Origin: Deltaproteobacteria bacterium GWC2_65_14
GTDB lineage: Bacteria; Desulfobacterota; Deferrimicrobia; Deferrimicrobiales; Deferrimicrobiaceae
Assembly: GCA_001797615.1 (NCBI GenBank)
Contig: MGPV01000017.1
Coordinates: forward strand, 50,019 to 114,018
Length of the DNA stretch: 64,000 nt
Reading direction: 5' to 3'
Shown in pieces: positions 17,475-26,818 of this stretch; position 1 is the stretch's first letter, and the number at the start of each line of letters is the position of its first letter. The notes beneath the pieces are model-generated. The model made no database searches, was not told the origin of the DNA, and saw only the letters and a program-made list of their open reading frames with translations. The position numbers were made by a program, and so were the translations under genes.

Positions 17475-19346
17475 CTACCAGTCCACGATTTCCACACCGA
17501 ACCGCCGCATCAACTCCCGGGTCTTGGTGTGGATCTTCCCGCGGACGAGGATGGCCGCCCGGATCTTCCGCCCGCCGAGGTATTCCGCCGAGGTGAGAAA
17601 GGTCCCCGTGACCCGGACCTCGAACCCCGCGCCCTCCCCTCCGAAGAGGAGAAACCGCTCCCGATCCTCGTGGGGGGTCCCGGAGACTCCGAGGATCCGC
17701 CGGAAGATCGATCTCCCCCCCTCCTCCTTCCCCACGGAGAAGATCTCGTACCCCGAGTCCCGTACGATCGACCGCAGGGGAGGGGACATCTTTCCCGCGT
17801 CGACCACGTACCGCTTCCCCCCCGCATCGAAGATCCTCTCCGGCTGGACGGTGAGCTGGAAAGCACCTCCCTTTCCCCCGATCGTGATCTTCTCCTCCGA
17901 GGCGATGTGAAGCCCCAGAAAGGAGAGGGTGTAGTCGACCGCCGCCAGCCCCCCTTGCGGCACCGCCTCCGGGGCGGCTTCCGGCTCCGTCTCCTCGGCG
18001 TCGATCCCGACCAGGAATCCCTCACTGGCGGAGCGGTCCACGGCAAACGGCAGGACCCGGATGCCGATGTGCCCCGCGTACCGGAGGACCGCGGAGAGAT
18101 CGTCCCCCGGCTTCTCGGAGACCTCCTTGAGCAGGAAGACCTCGCCGTTGAGCAGGCTCTGCGGCGTCTTCAGCACGATCCGGTCGGCGGGGACGGCGAT
18201 GGCGAGCTGCTCCCCGATGACCAGCGGATGCTCCTTCCCTTCCCTGGCGGAATGGTACCCGGCGGCCTTCAGGAACCGGTCCAGCATCTCCAGCGGACCG
18301 GAGCTTCCCCCCATCGAAACCACCCGGTAGTTCTTCCAGGTCTCCGTGATCAGCGCCCGCACGTCGGCGGGGAGCCCGTCGTGAAAGTCGACCAGCAGGT
18401 CCACCCCCGTGGAAAGGCGGACGACCGGATAATCCCCGAGGTCGAGGACGACCTCCCCGCCGGTCGGGATGGGAAGATACAGGGTGCCCCGGTCGATCCA
18501 CTTCTCCCCCAGTCCGGCGGCCAGGTCGGAGAGCAGACCCCGGTACACCGGCTTCGCCGGGGCGGGGGGAACCTCCTTCGCCGGCACTCCGGCCGTGAAG
18601 GCGATCAGGGATCCCGCTTCCGGGGTCGGCAGCGAAGGCGACACGAGCTGGGCCTCCGGCTTCGCCGCCGGGATCGCCTCCTGGCCCGGCTGCGGCGGGA
18701 CATCCCGCGTCAGCGCCACCGCCGAAGCCGGCGCCTCCTCCGGTTTCCTCTCCGCAGGTTCTGCGGGGGGCGCCGCGGCCGCCAGCGGGCCGGGGAATGG
18801 AGCGGCTGCGACGGAAGGGGCTTCCGCGAAATACTCGGCGGTGGGAATCAGGATCGTTGTTCCGGCATAGATCCGGTCCACGTCGCGGACCGGCTCGTTC
18901 AGCTCCATCACGGCCGAGAGGTACCGCTCCCTGTCCTCCCGCGGGACTCCGCGCGCGGCGAGGATCTTCAGCAGCGCGTCTCCGCGGACGATCCGGTGGG
19001 GGACCGCTTTCCCGGATTCCACCATCCGCCGGACCTTCGCGGCCGCCCCGGAGGGGATCAGGATCTTCTGCCCGGGCGAAAGCTTCCCGGGATCCCGCAC
19101 CTCCGGGTTCGCCCGCCGGAATTCCCGGAGCGCCGCGGAATAGTTCGACGGAAAGAGCGGGGAGATTCCCTCCAGGATCTTCCAGAGGTTCTCCCCCTTC
19201 GAGACGGTGTGGACCTCGTAGAAGCTCTTCTTTCCCTCCGAGGTCTCCGCGAAGATCCTCTTCTCCAGGAAGATCTTCGGCCTCTCCTCCGCCTGTACCG
19301 CCGCCACGACAAGGCAAAGCGCGGCGACGACCGCCCCTCTTCTCAA
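17475..19346 (-). CDS. Secreted LysM-like / peptidoglycan-binding repeat protein with a Pro/Ala-rich linker and a C-terminal domain of unknown function.
   Basis: The probable TTG start is at 19346 (LRRGAVVAALCLVVAAVQA signal peptide, GGGAGG RBS). Two LysM-like segments (YEVHTVSKGENLWKIL and HRIVRGDALLKILAARG) are followed by a P/A/E-rich linker and a ~330-aa C-terminal domain. The N-terminal 160 aa of the track ORF is Gly/Arg junk. Confidence 0.55.
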   Translation of the reverse strand: MRRGAVVAALCLVVAAVQAEERPKIFLEKRIFAETSEGKKSFYEVHTVSKGENLWKILEGISPLFPSNYSAALREFRRANPEVRDPGKLSPGQKILIPSGAAAKVRRMVESGKAVPHRIVRGDALLKILAARGVPREDRERYLSAVMELNEPVRDVDRIYAGTTILIPTAEYFAEAPSVAAAPFPGPLAAAAPPAEPAERKPEEAPASAVALTRDVPPQPGQEAIPAAKPEAQLVSPSLPTPEAGSLIAFTAGVPAKEVPPAPAKPVYRGLLSDLAAGLGEKWIDRGTLYLPIPTGGEVVLDLGDYPVVRLSTGVDLLVDFHDGLPADVRALITETWKNYRVVSMGGSSGPLEMLDRFLKAAGYHSAREGKEHPLVIGEQLAIAVPADRIVLKTPQSLLNGEVFLLKEVSEKPGDDLSAVLRYAGHIGIRVLPFAVDRSASEGFLVGIDAEETEPEAAPEAVPQGGLAAVDYTLSFLGLHIASEEKITIGGKGGAFQLTVQPERIFDAGGKRYVVDAGKMSPPLRSIVRDSGYEIFSVGKEEGGRSIFRRILGVSGTPHEDRERFLLFGGEGAGFEVRVTGTFLTSAEYLGGRKIRAAILVRGKIHTKTRELMRRFGVEIVDW

Positions 19347-20128
19347 TATCCCTCCCCAGTGAACGTCGACACTCCGGCGTTCACCCCGATCGTCTTGTAC
19401 ATCTTCGGGCTCTCCCACGGCTCGTCCAGGATTCCGTCGTGGATGGCCCAGCTCCTCCCGCGCACCGTCGCCCCCTGCCCCGGCATCCGGAAGGGGGTGC
19501 TCCCGTCGAGCCTCCCGTGCAGCAGTCCGCCCGGACGGAACTCCCGGTCGGTCCGGACCATCCCCTCTTTCCCGGTAAGGTACTGGAACCCGCTCCTCTC
19601 GTACAGGATCGCGCTGGTGTAGCCCAGCGGCTCCAGGAAGAAGAACCGGTGCCCCAGCTTCCCGAAGAAGGCTTCCCAGCTGGCGACCAGGTCCGGCATG
19701 GCGCGCAGACCGCGGCGGACCTGTCCGGGCGCCAGGCCGTCCCGCATCGCCCGGATCTCCTCGGGGAGGTTCCTCAGGGCGGTCCCGAAGTAGGTGTCCC
19801 GCCCCCCCTCGTCCACGTCCACGTCGTACCGTCCGCTCTCCGGATCGTTCACGATGACGAACGAGATCTCCATCTGCCCGTAGGGCGTGCTCGACACGTC
19901 GAGGAAGTAGACGGCGTCCCGGTCCTCCGGGGTCCGGTGGAATTCCACCTGGAAGAAGGGCATCCCTTCCGGGCAGGTGAAGGAGACGCACCGGTTTCCT
20001 CCCGGCCCCCGGAACGTCTCCGGGTCTACCGAGAACCTCTCCAGGAGCCGGCGCGGGACCAGGGTGGACAGAAGCGCCTCACGCTCCCCCTCCGGCAGGG
20101 CGTTGATCTCGTACGCCGTAACGGGCAA
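19343..20128 (-). CDS. Hypothetical protein (261 aa), co-operonic with the acyl-CoA ligase; possibly an acyltransferase-like fold.
   Basis: The ORF has normal codon usage and is tightly packed, 9 nt after the ligase stop and overlapping the downstream start. I found no confident motif. Confidence 0.5.
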   Translation of the reverse strand: MPVTAYEINALPEGEREALLSTLVPRRLLERFSVDPETFRGPGGNRCVSFTCPEGMPFFQVEFHRTPEDRDAVYFLDVSSTPYGQMEISFVIVNDPESGRYDVDVDEGGRDTYFGTALRNLPEEIRAMRDGLAPGQVRRGLRAMPDLVASWEAFFGKLGHRFFFLEPLGYTSAILYERSGFQYLTGKEGMVRTDREFRPGGLLHGRLDGSTPFRMPGQGATVRGRSWAIHDGILDEPWESPKMYKTIGVNAGVSTFTGEGY

Positions 20129-20136
20129 GGGGGAGA

Positions 20137-21930
20137 TCAGCCCTTCTCATACAGGGAGTCGAGCAGGTGACCGTACTTCTGAAGGATCACCTTGCGCTTC
20201 AGCTTCAGCGTTGGAGTCAGCTCCCCCGTTTCCAGCGTGAAATCGGTCCCGAGCAGCACGAACTTCTTGACCTGCTCGAAGGAGGCGAGCTGCCGGTTCA
20301 GCTCCTCGATCCGGGCGCGCATCCTCTCCTCCACTTTCGGGTGCTTCGCCAGCAGGACCGGATCCTGTTCTGCGATTCCGTTCTGCGCCGCCCATTTGGC
20401 GACATCCTCGGCCGACAGGGTGATCAGGGCGGTGATGAAATGTTTCCGGTCGCCGTAGGCGAAGGCCTGGCTCACGAACGTGTCGGTCTTCAGCAGGTTC
20501 TCGATGTTCTGCGGGGCGATGTTCTTCCCCCCCGAGGTCACGAGGATGTCCTTCTTCCGATCGGTGATCGTGAGGAACCCCTCGGAGTCGAGGACCCCGA
20601 TATCCCCCGTGTGGAGCCACCCCTCCGCGTCGACCGCCTGCCGCGTGGCCTCCGGGTCCCGGAAATATTCCTTGAACACGTGGGGACCGCGCACGAGGAT
20701 CTCCCCGTCCTGCGCGATCCGGATCTCGGTGCCCGGAAGCGCCTTCCCCACGGTCCCGAACTTGTAGCGCTCGATCCGGTTCACCGTCGTGACGGTGGAG
20801 TCCTCCGTCAGCCCGTACCCCTCCAGGATGAGCACGTCCATGGCATGGAGGAACTCCGCGACCTCCCGGGCGAGCGGGGCGCCGCCGGAGATGAAGAAGC
20901 GCAGCCTGCCCCCCATCCGCTCCCGGATCTTGCCGAACACCAGCTTGTGGGCAAGGGAGTACTTCCCCGCCAGGAACCCCCCCACCGCCTCTCCCCGCTG
21001 GCGGCGGCGGGACACCTCGCGTCCGACCCCGAGCGCCCAGTGGAAGATCTTTTTCTTGAGCCCCCCGTCCTCCTCGACCTTGGCCAGAACGCGGGCATAG
21101 AACTTCTCGAAGAGCCTGGGGACACTGACCATGATCTCCGGCCGCACGAGCGCAAGATCCTCCCCCACCGTCAGGATGCTCCGGGCGAAGGCGGAGACCG
21201 CCATTACGTCGAAGGTGAGGAAGTGCTCCAGCCGGCCGAGGGAGTGTGCGAGGGGGAGGAACTGCAGGAGCGTCTCCCCACGGCGCACCGTGACCGCGTC
21301 GACCGCGGAGGTGACGACGAAGGCATAGTTGCTGTGCCGCGTGACGACCCCCTTCGGGGGGCCGGTGGTCCCGGAGGTGTAGATGACCGTCAGGTCGTCC
21401 TCCGGCCGGATCTCCGCGGTCCTCCGGTCGAGCGCGCCGGGATGCTCCCTGGAGAATTCCCTCCCCTTCTCCCGGAGCCCGCCCAGCCCGATCGTCCCCG
21501 TCCGCCCTTTCGGATCCCCCGTGAGCAGGACGACGGTGGAGAGGTCCGGGAGGTTTTTCCTCGCCTGGTCGACCTTGCTCCACTGCTCCTCGTCCTCGAC
21601 GAATACCAGCCGGGCCCGGGAATTCGCCAGGATGTACTCGACCTGATCGGGAAGGTTGGAAGGATAGATCGGCACGGTGACGAACCCTCCAAGGATCCCG
21701 GCGATATCGGACAGGCACCACTCCAGCCGCGTGGTCGACAGGATCGCCACCTTGTCCTCCCGGGAAAGGCCCAGGGCGAACAGGCCGTTCGCCATCTCCC
21801 GGACCGCGGTGCCCACCTCCCGGTAGGTCGTCGGCTCCCACTTCCCCTCCCGGGGAACGAGGTAGCGGACCGCGTCCCCCCCCTCCTCGATCCGGTTCAG
21901 GAACATCCGGTTCAGCGTGCCTTCCTTCAT
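20137..21930 (-). CDS. Long-chain-fatty-acid--CoA ligase (AMP-dependent synthetase/ligase).
   Basis: 597 aa with the AMP-binding motif IYTSGTTGPPKGV, a GYGLTE-like core and a C-terminal conserved Lys region. Confidence 0.88.
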   Translation of the reverse strand: MKEGTLNRMFLNRIEEGGDAVRYLVPREGKWEPTTYREVGTAVREMANGLFALGLSREDKVAILSTTRLEWCLSDIAGILGGFVTVPIYPSNLPDQVEYILANSRARLVFVEDEEQWSKVDQARKNLPDLSTVVLLTGDPKGRTGTIGLGGLREKGREFSREHPGALDRRTAEIRPEDDLTVIYTSGTTGPPKGVVTRHSNYAFVVTSAVDAVTVRRGETLLQFLPLAHSLGRLEHFLTFDVMAVSAFARSILTVGEDLALVRPEIMVSVPRLFEKFYARVLAKVEEDGGLKKKIFHWALGVGREVSRRRQRGEAVGGFLAGKYSLAHKLVFGKIRERMGGRLRFFISGGAPLAREVAEFLHAMDVLILEGYGLTEDSTVTTVNRIERYKFGTVGKALPGTEIRIAQDGEILVRGPHVFKEYFRDPEATRQAVDAEGWLHTGDIGVLDSEGFLTITDRKKDILVTSGGKNIAPQNIENLLKTDTFVSQAFAYGDRKHFITALITLSAEDVAKWAAQNGIAEQDPVLLAKHPKVEERMRARIEELNRQLASFEQVKKFVLLGTDFTLETGELTPTLKLKRKVILQKYGHLLDSLYEKG

Positions 21931-22065
21931 GACCTCTCCTTGGAGGGCGGGGATCCCCCCGTCCTCATCGTCACTCGTATTCCACGGCGAGCGTCACCGT
22001 GTTGCTCCGCCTTCCCATTCTGGTTGTGCCCGCCTTGCCCTGCCGGCAGCATCTCCCCCCCGCCG

Positions 22066-23781
22066 CTACCGGAAAAAGGGAAGGATATCATCGTATGCTA
22101 CCATCCCCCGCCCAAGCAGTTCCCGCACGGACTGGAAGGCGGGGTAGAGATGCTCCTCCGTGAGCTGTTCGACCGTCCGCTCGACCGGAAGGCCCGCGAG
22201 CAGAAGGCTCTGCACCCCGTGGGAGAACGGCAGCGCTTCCGCCAGCGCGATCTTCCCGGAATATCCCTTCCCGTCGCAGCGGTCGCAGCCCGCCGGCATG
22301 TAGAACGAGGTCTTCCGGATGATCTCCTCCAGCATCTCCCCGCGCTTCCCCCCGCCGGGAAGAAGGGAGGGCTTCGCCGGCACCGTGCGCCGGCATTCGG
22401 TGCACAGGAGGTCCACCAGCCGCTGGTGCAGGATGAGGCGCACCGTGCGGAAAAGCAGGAACGGGTCGACAGGGAGCGACAGGAGGGTGCGGACCACGTC
22501 CCCGACCCCGGACCCGCGGACGCCGCACAGGACCGGGACACCCTCGCGGACGAGGTGGACCAGCTCGATCAGGTCCGAGGAGTCCCGCAGAAATTCCACC
22601 ATCAGGGCGTCCGGCTCGACCGCTCCGGCCAGCTGCGCCCACCGCCCCCCGTACCGGGTTTCGAGATCCCTGCGCTCCAGCTGGATGTATCTCTCGGTGC
22701 GGAACCGGAACCGCTCCTCCACGGTCACGACGCGGGCGCCCGGGCGAACCATTTCCCGGAGCATGGCGAACATCGTGGTGGCGGCCCCCTCCGGTCCGGG
22801 GGTGGAAAGCAGGTAGAGACCGTCCTTCTTCCCCAGCAGCCGGCAGGTGATCTCGACCTGTTCCGGCGCCAGCCCGACCGAATCGAGGGTGGCGGCGGGC
22901 CGGAATTCGGGCAGGTGCCTCACGATCGCCTCGGGCCCGGAAAGGCCGTGGAGAAAGAGCAGCTGGAAGGAGAGAACCCCGTCGGAGCCCTCCAATTGGA
23001 AGGTAGACTCCGACCCTTCCGCGGGGATCCCGGGAAGCGCGGCGAGCTCCGCCAGCCCCCCGAGCAGCGCCCCGCGGTACCGGATCGGCATGGAGAACAG
23101 AAGGGCGTTCTCCCCCTCCGCGCGTCCCGAGACCCGGACCCGATTCCCGGCGGGGAAGATCCGGACGCTTGAAATACCGCCTCCCACGGCGAAGGAGAGG
23201 GTTTTCTCCACGAGCGTCCTCGCCCTCCCCCGGGCGAGCCATTCCGCGGCCTGCCCGCGGTCCACGAGACCCCCTTCCAGCTCCTCGGATGCGGGCGCCT
23301 GCAGGTTCGGGTAGAGCCGGTCGAGGATCCGGTTGATCGTCCGGGGCGGACAGACCACGAGCCGGATGCTCAGGCCGGTTCCCTGCCCGATGACGGAAAA
23401 GACCGGGTGAAGGAACGGGTCGGCCACCGCCAGGGTCAGCCGGTCTTCCTCCCGGGAGAGCGGCGCGATCCGGTATTCCCGGGCGGTAGATTCGGGGACG
23501 AATTCGGACATTGCGAGAGGCACCGCGGCCGGATCGATGTCCTCGAACGCCAGTCCCAGCGATTCGGCGAGGAGGAAGCTCCTGGCGTCCGGGTGGAGGA
23601 TTCCCTCCAGCAGCGTCGCCTCGAGAAGAGGGACCCCCCTCCTCTCTCCGGCCATCTTGAGATGTTTCAGCGACTCGGGGGAGAGATACCCCAGTTTCAG
23701 AAACATTTCCAGGATTTCCGTCTGGGAAACACCCAACTCGGGCCGCCTCTGCGCGGACCGTTCCGGAACCCTGCCGGGCAT
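22066..23781 (-). CDS. GspE/PilB-family protein with an N-terminal MshEN-like (c-di-GMP-binding type) domain and a C-terminal zinc finger, but a degenerate Walker A; likely a pseudo-ATPase.
   Basis: The probable start is MPGRVPERS. The N-terminus ILEMFLKLGYLSPESLKHL...LLEATLLEGIL fits the GspII_E N-terminal/MshEN pattern. The C-terminus has CTECRRT...CDRCDGKGYSGKIALAE, the tetracysteine motif of GspE. Where GPTGSGKT is expected the sequence reads LLSTPGPEGAATTM. Confidence 0.65.
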   Translation of the reverse strand: MPGRVPERSAQRRPELGVSQTEILEMFLKLGYLSPESLKHLKMAGERRGVPLLEATLLEGILHPDARSFLLAESLGLAFEDIDPAAVPLAMSEFVPESTAREYRIAPLSREEDRLTLAVADPFLHPVFSVIGQGTGLSIRLVVCPPRTINRILDRLYPNLQAPASEELEGGLVDRGQAAEWLARGRARTLVEKTLSFAVGGGISSVRIFPAGNRVRVSGRAEGENALLFSMPIRYRGALLGGLAELAALPGIPAEGSESTFQLEGSDGVLSFQLLFLHGLSGPEAIVRHLPEFRPAATLDSVGLAPEQVEITCRLLGKKDGLYLLSTPGPEGAATTMFAMLREMVRPGARVVTVEERFRFRTERYIQLERRDLETRYGGRWAQLAGAVEPDALMVEFLRDSSDLIELVHLVREGVPVLCGVRGSGVGDVVRTLLSLPVDPFLLFRTVRLILHQRLVDLLCTECRRTVPAKPSLLPGGGKRGEMLEEIIRKTSFYMPAGCDRCDGKGYSGKIALAEALPFSHGVQSLLLAGLPVERTVEQLTEEHLYPAFQSVRELLGRGMVAYDDILPFFR

Positions 23782-23928
23782 CAAGGATGTGCGCGGCCGG
23801 GACGCGGCAATGCTTGACAGCCGGCTGCCTCCAGGAACAGGCCGCCTGTTTTTTTCAACTTTATTAAAAAGACGTGGGAAAGTAAAATGTTTCCTGACTG
23901 ACGAAAACGCGCGGATCTGGAGAAGGGA

Positions 23929-24852
23929 TTGCACCGTAAGGGTCGGGTGTTGCTGTTGTGCCTGTTGGCGCTAACCCTCGCCACGGAAGGCTGTGTCGTC
24001 GCCACCTCCCGGTTCGACGCGAAGGTCCGGGAGTCGGACGCCCTTCGGGACGCGCTGGCCTCCGTGAACCGGGAGAAAGGCGCCCAGGAGGCGCGGAACG
24101 AGGCGCTGGCCAGGCAGGTCGCCGGGGAAAAGGACGCCTCGGAGCGGTGCGCCGCCCGCACGGCGGCACAGGAGGAGGAGCTCCGGAAACTCCGGGCGGA
24201 GTTCACGGAGACCAGCAGGAACATCGAGGGAACCCGGATCACGCGGGAGACGTTCATCACGGAGCTGCTGGAAAAGGAGAAGGGAAGCGGGAAGCGGATC
24301 CAGGAGCTGAGCGCCAGGGCGCTCGCCTGCGAATCGGAGCGGGAAACGGTTCTCCGGGAATCCGCATCCATGAAGCAGAAGATCGAGGAGCTCGCGAACA
24401 AGGCGGCGGAGACGCCGGCCCTGATCGCCCTCCGGCTGGAAAGGGACATCCTCCTCGGCCGCGTGGAGCGCCTGTCGGAGGAGAAGCGGCTGTCGGAAAA
24501 ACGGCGGACGGAACGGCTCGAGGCCCTCGTCCGGGAGATCGCCGCGATCTCCCCGGAGGTAACGGCGTCCTCTGCGGGCCCGGCCCTGCGCCTCCTGGTT
24601 CCCGGGAAGGTGCTTCTGGGGAAGGGAAAAACCGCGCTATCGGACGTCGGCAAGGAGTTGATCGGGAGGATCGGAAAGGCGGCCTCCGAGTTTCCGGGAG
24701 CGTCGGTCATCGTGGCAACGGACGGAAGACCGGCGGCGGACGAGATCCTGGCGCTGCTGGCCCGCGAGGGAAATATTCCCGGGGGGCGGATTCTCGTGGA
24801 CCCGGGAGGAAGGGAGAAGGGGGCGACGGAGCTGCTCCTTGTCGCGCCGTGA
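23929..24852 (+). CDS. Lipoprotein with a long coiled-coil region and an OmpA/MotB-like C-terminal domain.
   Basis: Lipobox LLALTLATEGC, then ~180 aa rich in E/R/K/A with heptad character, then a C-terminus (LLVPGKVLLGKGKTALSDVGKELI...VIVATDGRPAADE) weakly resembling OmpA_C. Confidence 0.5.
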   Translation: MHRKGRVLLLCLLALTLATEGCVVATSRFDAKVRESDALRDALASVNREKGAQEARNEALARQVAGEKDASERCAARTAAQEEELRKLRAEFTETSRNIEGTRITRETFITELLEKEKGSGKRIQELSARALACESERETVLRESASMKQKIEELANKAAETPALIALRLERDILLGRVERLSEEKRLSEKRRTERLEALVREIAAISPEVTASSAGPALRLLVPGKVLLGKGKTALSDVGKELIGRIGKAASEFPGASVIVATDGRPAADEILALLAREGNIPGGRILVDPGGREKGATELLLVAP

Positions 24853-24884
24853 CGGCGCGCCGGACCGGACGACCCCCGGTCGAT

Positions 24885-25532
24885 ATGCCCAAGAAACGGG
24901 AAAAAGAGCCGGAAAAAATCCCGGGGATGGATCTTTTCGAGGCGATGAAGGGGCGGCGGAGCGTCCGGCGGTTCCTCAAGGAAGCGGTCCCGAAGGATGC
25001 GATCCTCCGGATGGTGGCGGCCGCGGCGGAAGCGCCCTCCGCGGGAAACGCGCGGAACGTCCGCTTCCTCGTGGTCCAGGATCCGGGCCTTCTCTCCCAG
25101 ATGCGCAGGATCGTGGATGAAATCCTTTCCCGGGTCACCGGGAAAGCGGTCCCGCCGGGGAAGATCAACTACCACAACCTGTTCGCCGCGGCGCCGGCGG
25201 CGGTCTGCGTCGTGGGGTCCCCCTACGAATCCTCGACCGACCGTCACCTGAGGGCGAAGGATCCCGAACGGCACCGGGCGCGGCGATTCCAGGTGAACCC
25301 CGGAGTCCAGAGCGTCGCGGCGGCCATCACCCAGTTCCTCCTCGCCGCCCACGGGCTCGGGTACGGCGCCTGCTGGATGACCGGACCCCTGTTGGCCAAG
25401 CCGGAACTGGAATCGGTCCTGTCCGTGCGCCCCCCCGAGGAATTGCTCGCGATCATCGCGCTGGGAAAGCCGGACACGGTCACCCCGAAGCCGCCGAGAG
25501 AGCCCCCCGAGGAGATCACGGAGTTCCGGTAG
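24885..25532 (+). CDS. Nitroreductase-family protein.
   Basis: MDLFEAMKGRRSVRRFL..., then ..NARNVRFLVV.. and GYGACWMTG, the FMN-nitroreductase fold signatures. The 5' part of the 23958..25532 track ORF is artefact. Confidence 0.8.
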   Translation: MPKKREKEPEKIPGMDLFEAMKGRRSVRRFLKEAVPKDAILRMVAAAAEAPSAGNARNVRFLVVQDPGLLSQMRRIVDEILSRVTGKAVPPGKINYHNLFAAAPAAVCVVGSPYESSTDRHLRAKDPERHRARRFQVNPGVQSVAAAITQFLLAAHGLGYGACWMTGPLLAKPELESVLSVRPPEELLAIIALGKPDTVTPKPPREPPEEITEFR

Positions 25533-26793
25533 CGACCGCCTTCTCGAAGCGGAGACGACGGATCCGGAAGCGCTCGGTCTCCACGATCGTGACGCGGTAT
25601 CCGTGCGCCAGAAAGGTGACCACCCCCTCCGGCCACCCCTGGAGGCAGTCCAGCACGAACCCCGCCGCCGTCTCGTAGGTCTCCCCCAGCGGGATCTGGA
25701 TGCCGTATTCGTCCCGGAGGACCCGCACAGGGGTGGAGGCCGGAACCGACAGCGCGCCGTCCTTCTCCCACTCGGGAACCTCGACCGGCTCCGTCCCCCC
25801 GGCCAGCCTCCCCACGATCTCCTCGAGCAGGTCGTGGACCGTGGTCACCCCGCAGAGCTTCCCGTGCTCGTCGATCACGACCGCCATGTGCACCCGCGTC
25901 CGCTGGAACCGCCGGAGCAGATCGGACACCTTCATCGAGGCGGGCACGTAGACCGGCTTTTCCTCCTGCCGCTCCCATGCCTCCGCTCCCCCGGGGCGAA
26001 GCAGCTGGCGCGTCGAAAGGACCCCCACGACCTCCTCCCCGCTCCGGGAAACGATTGGGAAACGGGAGAATCCCGCGCGGGCGGCGATCGCGGACACCTC
26101 CTCCGGCGTCATCCCCTGCCGCAGCGTCACGACCTCGGACCACGGCGTCATCACCTCGTCCACGACCGCCTCGCCGAACCGGAGGACCCGCTCGATCATC
26201 TTCTCCTCCGTGGAATCGATCGTCCCGTGCTCCGCCCCCTCCTCGATCATGCCGAGGATCCCTTCCTCCGAGCCGAACCGGATATCCATGAGAGCCTCCG
26301 GGGAATACCGGCTGCCGAACAGTAGCCTCCCCAGGCCGTCGAGGAGGCGGGAGGGGAGCGCCCCCGCGCGGAGGGCGAACCTGCAGGACCGGCTCCACCG
26401 GCGCAGCACCCGGCGGGAGTCGGCCAGCGCCCTGCGGTTCGCCAGATTCTCCAGGAAGAAGAGGAGCAGCAGATAGACGGGAACCCACGCCGCGCAGAGG
26501 GCCAACCCCAGCCACCCCGGAATCCGGGCGGCGAGGGACACCGCGGCCGCTCCCGCGCAGAGCGCGGAGAGGATCTTGAGGACCGACGACGAGACCCAGA
26601 GGGAGAACGGGTGGCGGATCCCCGGATCGCGCACCAGAACCAGCAGGATCTCCGCGGAAGGATGCCCCCCCTCCGCCTCCTCCTCCAGCCCCTCCTCCCC
26701 CAGGATGAGGAGGGAGGAGCGGAACAGGGTCGCCGCACCGCCCGCCGCGGCGAACAGGACCGCCGCGGCCGTCCAGGCCCAGGGATTCCACAT
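25516..26793 (-). CDS. CNNM/HlyC/CorC-family transporter (DUF21 TM domain, CBS pair, CorC_HlyC domain).
   Basis: The real start MWNPWAWTAAAVLF is followed by four TM helices, CBS motifs (VDEVMTPWSEVVTL, VHMAVVIDEHGKLCGVTTVHDLLEEIVG) and a C-terminal transporter-associated domain. The remainder of the 1245-aa track ORF is artefact. Confidence 0.85.
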   Translation of the reverse strand: MWNPWAWTAAAVLFAAAGGAATLFRSSLLILGEEGLEEEAEGGHPSAEILLVLVRDPGIRHPFSLWVSSSVLKILSALCAGAAAVSLAARIPGWLGLALCAAWVPVYLLLLFFLENLANRRALADSRRVLRRWSRSCRFALRAGALPSRLLDGLGRLLFGSRYSPEALMDIRFGSEEGILGMIEEGAEHGTIDSTEEKMIERVLRFGEAVVDEVMTPWSEVVTLRQGMTPEEVSAIAARAGFSRFPIVSRSGEEVVGVLSTRQLLRPGGAEAWERQEEKPVYVPASMKVSDLLRRFQRTRVHMAVVIDEHGKLCGVTTVHDLLEEIVGRLAGGTEPVEVPEWEKDGALSVPASTPVRVLRDEYGIQIPLGETYETAAGFVLDCLQGWPEGVVTFLAHGYRVTIVETERFRIRRLRFEKAVATGTP

Positions 26794-26795
26794 GT

Positions 26796-26818
26796 CTTCA
26801 CTATATCTGATATAGTGA
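26796..26818. promoter_or_regulatory. Perfect inverted repeat TCACTATATC-T-GATATAGTGA in the divergent promoter region between the CNNM transporter and acuC-like genes; candidate operator.
   Basis: Read directly: ...cacatgtcttcactatatctgatatagtgagaggaatcctgagggagATG. The arms are 10 bp, the spacer 1 nt, and the sequence is AT-rich within GC-rich DNA. Confidence 0.5.
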
